Assembly: GCA_003344405.1 (NCBI GenBank)
Contig: NOWV01000014.1
Location: 868,001-932,000, forward strand
Direction: 5' to 3'
Length of the DNA stretch: 64,000 bases
From: Trichoplax sp. H2
Lineage: Eukaryota
Part shown: positions 56,401-64,000 of the stretch, piece by piece
Layout of the letters: each line of letters begins with the position of its first letter
Position numbering within the stretch: position 1 is the first letter of the stretch
The notes under the pieces: model-generated
Databases searched by the model: none
What the model saw: the letters and a program-made list of their open reading frames with translations, nothing else
Told to the model about the DNA's origin: nothing
Position numbers and translations under genes: made by a program

Positions 56401-57275
56401 TACCTAAAGATTGATATAACAAGTATTTTATAAGACTTCAAGCTCTATGTCCTTCAAATATCTTTAGCTATCAGACAATCGATAAGACTCTGCGAAGCCG
56501 CTAGAGTTATGTAGTAGTATCAATCATAAGAAATCGAGATATTTTTTGGAGCGTGATAGAGTACTGTGTAACTAAGAAAGAAAATAGGCTATGTAGCTAT
56601 CTACTGTTACTGGGACAAATAATAAAAAATTATCTCCACGATGTCTTTCCAACGAGCTAGAACTGCTTAAAAATAAAAATTCCTTTCTCAGCAGGAGATA
56701 TTCAATATTGTAACATACTTATTCGAAGTTATAGTTCGTTCTAATACAATCGAGATGGATGTGATCCTTCCGGAAAGAATGTCTGAACGTCAATGCGGAT
56801 AAAAACTATCTTAATTTTATAAGTTTGATTTTTAAAATTAATTGTAATCATTTCCTTCGCAAAGAATGTTTAATTATTCGAAACACAGCCGCAGGAAGTA
56901 AAAGGAGTGACCTCTAACAAATTTAGCTATCGTCTTTTCACAATACTGTAATTTACTCAACAATGTAGGTCTCTTAAGATTTTCAATTTCAATAATTGTA
57001 GTGCTGAAGTACAGATAGTCTGTTGAGAACTTAGGCAAATAAACGGAGGATATAGTATAGATTACGGTTGATTTTGAATCAAGTAACCTACTAGCTGATA
57101 AACTACAGAAATATAAGACAGCCTTGAAACTCGCAAAATCACTACATAATCGCACTACTGAGTTAAGAAAGTTATGCTAAGTAATACAGAAGGAATAAGC
57201 TTATAAAATATGAGCATATTAAAATCACCACATTTTACTTACCATAAAAAATAGAACTTTAGCTACGAGCCACAT
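28913..57275 (-). CDS. Gene B: complete multi-exon type I membrane receptor; signal peptide, 7 EGF, 13 SRCR + EGF, 8 x (Ig-EGF), TM, FxNPxY tail (~31 EGF in total)
   Basis: Manual splicing from the ATG at 57275 ([37 protein letters not shown]...) through EGF, SRCR and Ig exons to TM exon 29451-29367 and the TAA stop at 28915-28913; the junctions I checked are phase-compatible GT-AG. Confidence 0.9.
29651..38248 (-). CDS. Gene B Ig/EGF block: 8 Ig domains, each followed by a two-exon EGF
   Basis: Ig exons at ~37952-38248, 37007-37308, 35476-35781, 34459-34765, 33477-33782, 32260-32560, 31158-31463 and 30203-30505; the last EGF is 30014-30086 + 29651-29703 ([17 protein letters not shown]). Confidence 0.9.
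39471..51016 (-). CDS. Gene B SRCR/EGF block (13 SRCR domains)
   Basis: SRCR exons near 50684-51016, 49078-49426, 48204-48536, 47564-47885, 47077-47410, 46123-46452, 45010-45338, 44291-44617, 43429-43733, a split one at 42199-42425 + 41743-41851, two within 40619-41384 (canonical [16 protein letters not shown]...WGPVCDDKF...[23 protein letters not shown]), and 39471-39791. Confidence 0.92.
44848..44913. repeat. Intronic 29-bp tandem duplication (about 2.3 copies)
   Basis: cattatttcattct(a/g)ctttccgtaactga x2, then cattattt. Confidence 0.9.
51227..54008 (-). CDS. Gene B N-terminal block of 7 single-exon EGF-like domains
   Basis: Exons at ~53892-54008 ([16 protein letters not shown]...), 52933-53085, 52713-52841, 52146-52267, 51815-51931, 51570-51686 and 51227-51337. 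Confidence 0.85.
56198..57275 (-). CDS. Gene B signal-peptide exons 1 (57275-57243) and 2 (56255-56198)
   Basis: A 33-nt ATG exon ending ATG|GTAAGT (phase 0), then a 58-nt exon CAG|TTG...AAAA|GTAAGT (phase 1). Exon 2 has the same length and the same GAIS motif as gene A exon 2. Confidence 0.75.
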
Positions 57276-60256
57276 CCTGAAATAGTGTACTTTGCTGTCA
57301 GTTCTTTAAAGTACGATTAAAGGCTTTCGTTATTATTCTATAAATCTTATGGCGAAATATTGCAGAGCTTTAATTGGTAAATTTAGATAGTCTTACTGAA
57401 TAACTGTTACGCTGAACATATTTGTCTCAGTAAGTCTATAAGAATTAGTCTACAATCTTTTATTGTTGCATCCCTATTTAATGTGAATATATTGGGAAAA
57501 TTCTATATTCATGAGAAAAAGTATACAAACATGAATTAATAATACTTTGGAAAACATTTTCTTATACTGTAAAACGTGAGCTCATTCATTGTATTGATAC
57601 TTCTTAATTTCTTATTTGCATCTCATTAATATTGTTAGATAGGTATGGGCGTTGCGATCGTTTTTGTTTAGGAACAAACATGTTTATCCAGTGATAGAGA
57701 GTTTCCGATATTAAACTGGGATTCAATTTTGGGTAACTTATTTATAAACTTAGTAATAAGCACAGAATGCGATATGTCAGGCTGAAAAGACACAAAACAG
57801 CAATCAATTACCCACCTAAAGAGGTTCAACTAGCATAGTATATATTGAGATTATACTAAGGATATTTTAATTGCTATTGCTTTATATGGGAATATTTCCG
57901 TAAATTTCGGTACTTCCTTGTACTAATATTGAGGCTGTAATAAAAGTGTCTCACAATAACTGTCTTAGTCAAATGGTATTTTCCAAAAGGCTCTTATTAC
58001 AAGGTTTTTAAGAATAGTAGAGCAATAATAAATGACTATAATAATCCAGTCTAAAATCTAAAGTATTCCGAGCTCAAAGCGAAGTGAATTCTCTTCTCTC
58101 TATGAGAGCTTATCTCCGCAGTTCTTAAAATACATTTCACTAAATCCATTTATGACAAATTAACTAATCTACAATCAGACTCGAGTCCTCAAATAGAATA
58201 CTTTTTCTCAAATAGGACATCATTATCTTTTGCCGTCTGAACCATTCTACTTAAGACAACACTTCTCTTCTATTAATGTCCAGCAACTTTCGGAGTTGAG
58301 CATCTTCACAATTACAATATTTCATGTCACATATATTTTATATCGTGATTAGTCCATTGGCTAATATTAGTCATCAACAATTTCTAATATAGTAGTTATC
58401 AATCATCCAATATCAGCGCCAAGATAATATCTATTCTTAGTAACCTAAGTATATCAAATATAGCTATTGACGCAATCAAATATAGAACTGCAGAATTAGT
58501 TAGCATAACTTGAAGAAATGCTACCATACCATACTGTTTCAAATTTTAAATAGCAGCCCTAATATGACAATATCTGATGGATGAAATCAAGACACTATAA
58601 GTTAGCAACAGTTTATACAAATCAATATATATATACTACAGAGAATTGCTGCAAGGGTGTGTAATAAGCTGTAAAAGTCTTTGCAAGCATGATGTGTGAT
58701 GGTTAAGCATGTAAAACGAGAAATGTACAGAATATGAATTACGTATAGAATAGACAGACTAGAAAAATTATTTTATTCAAACTGTAATTCAATATTGTAC
58801 GAAATTTTTTATTCAATGAGCTCCCAAATTTGCTACGTACGACTATTCTTGGATTCCAGTTTACAGAATTACCGTTCTATCAAGTAAAGTTGCACTATGA
58901 TTTATTGTCATTTACAAGGTCTTGTTGACAGGTTGTTCGAGGCAATATGGTATTTATTAAGTATTCATGTAATGAAATGATTGCTCCGTCATAAACAAAT
59001 ACCGAAATTGACAGCAAAACATAATTTTATGGCTTATCGAGATTGGCCGGAGTAATCAAGCGAACATTTTACCTAGGTATTAAATGCTTATAAAAATCGT
59101 TTATTATAGTTACGACTTGCCTATAGAGAACATTATAGTGCACTGGCTAACAATACTATAGAACCAAGACTTTAATACGATTAATATGATTTGATAATAC
59201 AGTAAGCAAATTTGTTAGTTTAGGTAACAAGAAAAAAATCTACTTTATTTCTAATTGCGATGCTTTCTTGATAAAAGATTTAATAAATTCTCTAAATTTT
59301 AGAGCAAAATTAAATTAGATAATAAATACTTGTTGACACTACATTTATTCAGACAAACTTTAGGAAGCTAAATAACTAAGCTCTTGCAAGACGTATCGCA
59401 GCGAATGATTTCTAAAATGCAATCTGAAATTTTCAATCATGTGTGATAGGTTATCTTAAGCTAGCCAATTTAATTCAATACTATTGCATGCATAATTCCA
59501 ACATTGAGTTATACAGTAGCTTTCGAAAGTCTACTATTAACTCCTATTCAAAGAGCGGGTACTAATAGTATTAAGCTTGTTATAAAAGAAAGAACTTCAT
59601 AGTCAGCTAGTAGAATGTAAGAGTTAGCTTTAGTTACATAGATTTTCTTCAATTGGTTATAGGCACCTTACTTTATATTGTCTACAATACTCTAGCATTT
59701 TAAGTTAAAAACCTTGCGAAAATATTTTTGTGTAGTTAGACGTTCGACCTCCAAACCATAAAATCATTCGATTATTAGAGGATGAAAATTTTTGTAGTAT
59801 TGACTATTATATTGGGAATTCACTTTATAGATCTACTAATAAAGAAAGTGAATGATCTTAACATCTATTTTACAGGTTAAAAATTGATCACGTTTCATAA
59901 CTTCGAGCTAATTCTGAGTATGATTACAAGTATTAGATGTCAGAGCTATTATTGTTTAGCACCTTGTATTGATGTTGTGGTACTCAATTTTATTAAACTA
60001 TTATATGTCACTATGACTGTATTGCCTTTGCACCTCGTATTTTCTAGGCGATATTAGCCTCCTATAAAATTTTGCAAATGAGCAGTCCTTTAACAATTAT
60101 TTTACATGCAGTGATACAACTAGAACCACTGTCAGTACTGTCCTGTACTATACTGTATTACTGTCTACAGTTAATACTAACAACCTTATTGAGGGTTCGT
60201 ACTACTCTCCATTAGCATCGAAACAAGAAATTGAACATATAGCTGATGTTGACGTG

Positions 60257-60830
60257 AAACTAACTACTAACTCCTACTTTGTCTTTTTTGTATTGAAAAA
60301 CTAACTACTAACTCCTACTTTGCTTTTTTTGTATTGAAAAACTAACTACTAACTCCTACGTTGTCTTTATTGCATTGAAAAACTAACTACTACTCCCACT
60401 CTATCTTTATTGGATTGATAAACTAACTATTAACCCCTGCTCTCTCTTTATTGGATAGAAAAACTAACTACTAACTCCTACTCTCTCTATATTGGATTGA
60501 AAAACTAACTACTAATCCTACTTTGTCTTTATTGGATTGAAAAACTAAATACTAACTCCTAACATTTCTTTATTGGATTGAAAACTAACTACTAACTCCT
60601 ACTCTGTCTTTATTGGATTGAAAAACTAACTACTAACTCCTACTCTGTCTTTATTGGATTGAAAACTAACTACTAACTCCTAGTCTGTCTTTATTGAATT
60701 GAAAAACTAAAAGCTAACTCCTAGTATTTCTTTATTGGATTGAAATACTAACTTCTAACTCCTACTATTGTATAATGTAATCTATACTAACTACTAACTC
60801 CTACACTACTATTTCTTTATTGGATTGAAA
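60257..60830. repeat. Tandem minisatellite, ~14 copies of a 40-41 bp unit (consensus AAAACTAACTACTAACTCCTACTCTGTCTTTATTGGATTGA)
   Basis: CTAAC-type unit starts at 60260, 60301, 60342, 60383, 60423, 60464, 60505, 60545, 60585, 60626, 60666, 60707, 60748 and 60787. Confidence 0.95.
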
Positions 60831-60840
60831 GCCGGCTGCT

Positions 60841-60950
60841 TACAGTATACAGTATACAGTACTGTAGTACAGTACTGTACAGTACAAGGCAATGTTACAG
60901 TACTGTACATACAGTATTATGCTGTACTGTACACATTGTACTGTACAGTA
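60841..60950. repeat. TACAGTA/TACTGTA-rich quasi-palindromic low-complexity tract
   Basis: tacagtatacagtatacagtactgtagtacagtactgtacagtac...; similar tracts at ~60127-60172, ~24527-24580 and ~25846-25862. Confidence 0.7.
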
Positions 60951-61078
60951 CTTGAATTAAAATGTTTATATAAGCGACATCATGATAACAAGTTCAAACG
61001 TGTACTATCAAAGTTGATTGCAACTCAAAATAGACCGGGAAAATCTTCAAAGTCGGAATATTTTCTCTTTAGAAGGAA

Positions 61079-62401
61079 ATGAGTTCCTTCGATGGTAGAG
61101 TGTCTGAATATCCATGGATTGCAATCGATTGCTTCTTGAAGCAGAACTTTACTGCGCACTTCTATTTTCTGTCTCATCTGCATCAAGACCATATGAAAGG
61201 ACTCGATTCGCCTGCTTTTAGAACTCACCTAAATGGACGACCGAAGTCTCGTATTTATTGCTCAGAGATTACCAAATCGATATTAATCAAAGATGCAAAT
61301 TACTCCCACTTAAAATTATTCCTTCAAAGTGTTCCCACCAATGACAAGATCTTCATTGAATTACAACAAACATTCGATACGTCGTATACTGAGATCGAGA
61401 CGGTAGCAGTTACATTTTTACCGTCTGGTCACTGTCCAGGATCGATGATGTTCTTATTGGAAGGTAAGCATGGCAACATACTTTATACTGGTGATTTTCG
61501 AATGGAGGGCGATGAACATAAATTTATGGTATATAATTATCTAAGTGCAATCACCATTGATTCTGTCTATCTTGATACAACGTTTTGCCTACCTGAAATG
61601 ATGACTATTCCAAAGAGGAAAACTATTACAAAGCAGATCATCAACAAGATACAGCAATGGCTTTGTCAAGGTACCAATCATGTCGTTTGCCTTCGTTGTC
61701 GAGCAAGATTAGGATATGAGTATTTATTATCTGAAATTGCCAAGAAGTTAAAGACGAAAATTCTCGTTCACAGCGATCAAATCAAACTCTATGATAATAT
61801 ACCTGAAGTTCGATCCAATCTTACTTTAGTTGATAAAGAAACCAAAATTCATATGTGTATTAGAGGTAGATGTCGGCTTCTATCAGGGCCTCCCACACCT
61901 GATAGCAAGAAATTGAAAATTTTACGTATTAAACCATGTGCATTATCATTCGCCTATAATATGGAAGCGTTGAAACAAGGCTGTTTTACCAGAGGTGCCA
62001 ATTTTTACTCGTTTCTATATTCTGCACACTCTTCTATGGCAGAAATTATAGAGTTTTTAAAATGCCTTCGTCCTTTAAAAGTTTATCCTAATGTCGTACC
62101 TGTGAAAGATTCTGATCTCGATGCAGTCACACAAAGAATAAATGGTATTATGGGAAATTGCGATATTCCTCGTAAAAAGACAAAGATGACCGCATCTTGT
62201 AGTAATCCTGGCAAAGATCAAGGTAAAGAAATTTTACCATTGGAACCGATAGCAAATACTGATCTTGACTACAAAGCAAGCAGAAAAAAATCCGCTATTA
62301 TGCAACTAAATGACAAAAATTTGATGCTCGATGATGTCGATCCTTGCCAGCGTTTCATTTGCCGTAGGCGATCTCGAGATATTCAAAATAATAGTTCTTA
62401 A
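61079..62401 (+). CDS. DCLRE1C: Artemis (SNM1C) metallo-beta-lactamase/beta-CASP nuclease, single exon, 440 aa
   Basis: The N-terminus MSSFDGRVSEYPWIAID...FLSHLHQDHMKGL closely matches human Artemis (MSSFEGQMAEYPTISID...FLSHCHKDHMKGL). Motifs GHCPGS, YTGDFR, YLDTTF and SAHSS are present in an uninterrupted ORF. Confidence 0.95.
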   Translation: MSSFDGRVSEYPWIAIDCFLKQNFTAHFYFLSHLHQDHMKGLDSPAFRTHLNGRPKSRIYCSEITKSILIKDANYSHLKLFLQSVPTNDKIFIELQQTFDTSYTEIETVAVTFLPSGHCPGSMMFLLEGKHGNILYTGDFRMEGDEHKFMVYNYLSAITIDSVYLDTTFCLPEMMTIPKRKTITKQIINKIQQWLCQGTNHVVCLRCRARLGYEYLLSEIAKKLKTKILVHSDQIKLYDNIPEVRSNLTLVDKETKIHMCIRGRCRLLSGPPTPDSKKLKILRIKPCALSFAYNMEALKQGCFTRGANFYSFLYSAHSSMAEIIEFLKCLRPLKVYPNVVPVKDSDLDAVTQRINGIMGNCDIPRKKTKMTASCSNPGKDQGKEILPLEPIANTDLDYKASRKKSAIMQLNDKNLMLDDVDPCQRFICRRRSRDIQNNSS

Positions 62402-64000
62402 GGAGACAGTAGTTACCTACTGAAAAAAATTCTCCAAATTTATAAATATCTTACTGTATTTATTTTTCTTCCCTTTTCTATACGTTAAATATACAAAATT
62501 TCAGATTTAGACTATTGCTATTCTTTTAGGAATTTATCAACAATTCGATAGTAAATTTCAAACACGCAGCAATAAATTTGCTGATTCTGTGAACCCATCA
62601 AAAAATTTTTTTCTGATTCCGATGATAGCATAAATATAATATATCAAATCCTTTGCAATATTATTCATGTAGTAACTTATGAGAAAATATCTGTTAGGTT
62701 TTGTAAAATGTAAGTAATTCAAACAACATACTCTTTATTGGTATAATACTTATCAAATTATCGCAGTATTTTGCGTACGACTGTGGTAAAGAAAGATGTA
62801 ATCATGCAATGAAATGAGTATATTCTTTTCGTTTTAAATTTTTGACATATTTATGAGTCTGCTTTTTTTACTAGTATTTATATGGAATGAATTAGTAAAA
62901 GAATGTTAAAAGGATAAGCTTAAGTTTCATTAATCGAAGAGGTAGCAAAGCGTCTGTTGTATCAGCTTACGCATTACATACATAAAAAATTGGGTTACAA
63001 GAAGAAAGTATGTGCTAAAGTACCGTACTACAATATTATCGCAGCTAACGCGAAAATTAACAGTAAAGTATTAATTAATCTATACTTTACTATACTATAC
63101 TGTAGATGATCTGGCTCATAAAAATTGCTGTAAATTATTTTCTCTTTCTGCAAGTTACGACGTGTAGTAAATTTATTCGTCACAATTAAGCATCAATTAC
63201 AAATTGAAATGAAAATAAGGATAAATAACCACCAAAATGCATCATAGTAAAAGTTTGTACTGATTTCTTCCTAGAACAGTTATTGGCTACATGACTGCTT
63301 ACATGCAGTATGTACCCCTACAGGTAGTCCTATTATAAAAGTCTGATACAGACGGATACTAAAAATTAGAAAGCAGTGTCAGCGAATGCTGATCGATATA
63401 TACTATGAGTAAAGGATTTCAAAATCACAACAGTTGATATGAACTGCAAAAATATAGGCTAAAAATCTTGTAATGAAGGAAGAGCTGAATGCAATTATGG
63501 CAAGGTTAGAAATTTAGCTTTTTGAAAGTAATGGGTGCGCGTTGCATTTTAATTCGCCTAGAAGCATAGCCGCGTTATCTAAAACGATATCTCCAGAAGG
63601 GTCAGGGCAACTTTACCGATTCTTATGCATCAGAAATATGAAAATAGATTTATACGTAAGATATGTCTTAAATAACGTATTTGATTAATTTACTTTGATT
63701 TTTATTATCAATATACATTTCATGCTATCCATCTTCCTCGGCCATTTTTGGTCACTTGGTGAACAAAATAAATGGCCCATATATTTTTCGAGTGCATGCC
63801 TATTTCATTTCTAATTTTATAATGCATAAATTATATTAGAACCATAACAATTACATTTTAAACTTCTAGTAGTAACATTGAATATTACGTAGTATAACAA
63901 GGCATTTATTCAACGTATAACAAAAAACTGATATGAAATAAATTTGGTCTGCTCCCTTCCATGTATTCGAATGTACAATATATACGCGTAGGGGCCATAA

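Noticed and set aside
60257-60830. Regular ~41-bp repeats resembling a CRISPR array
   Set aside because: The units are head-to-tail with no unique spacers, the context is eukaryotic and there are no cas genes
60825-61082. 85-aa ORF upstream of Artemis
   Set aside because: Translation of the low-complexity TACAGTA tract
28913-62401. Artemis beside Ig-domain genes suggesting a V(D)J-like rearranging system
   Set aside because: The Ig exons are ordinary I-set-like exons with splice sites. I noticed no RSS heptamer/nonamer pattern and no RAG/Transib gene, so the adjacency is most simply coincidental.
63500-64000. GC-richer patches that might be terminal exons of a neighbouring minus-strand gene
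   Set aside because: No consistent frame, splice pattern or recognisable motif could be established within the window

Overview
AT-rich eukaryotic (animal) genomic DNA with short GT-AG introns. The composition and gene style suggest an early-branching metazoan such as the placozoan Trichoplax (inference only). Most of the window is two tandem, colinear, multi-exon paralogous genes on the minus strand. Gene B (57275->28913) looks complete. By manual splicing it encodes a type I membrane protein of roughly 3,500-3,800 aa: signal peptide, 7 EGF, 13 SRCR domains interleaved with EGFs, 8 x (Ig + split EGF), a transmembrane helix, and a short cytoplasmic tail with an FGNPNY (FxNPxY) motif. Gene A (23169->beyond position 1) has the same architecture and runs off the left edge after its 6th Ig. 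On the plus strand, head-to-head with gene B, is an intronless Artemis/DCLRE1C gene (61079-62401), preceded by a 14-copy ~41-bp tandem array. Between genes A and B are a ~400-bp near-identical duplication around an assembly gap, a (TA)n microsatellite and probable transposon relics. Exon boundaries were read by eye and may be off by a few bases.
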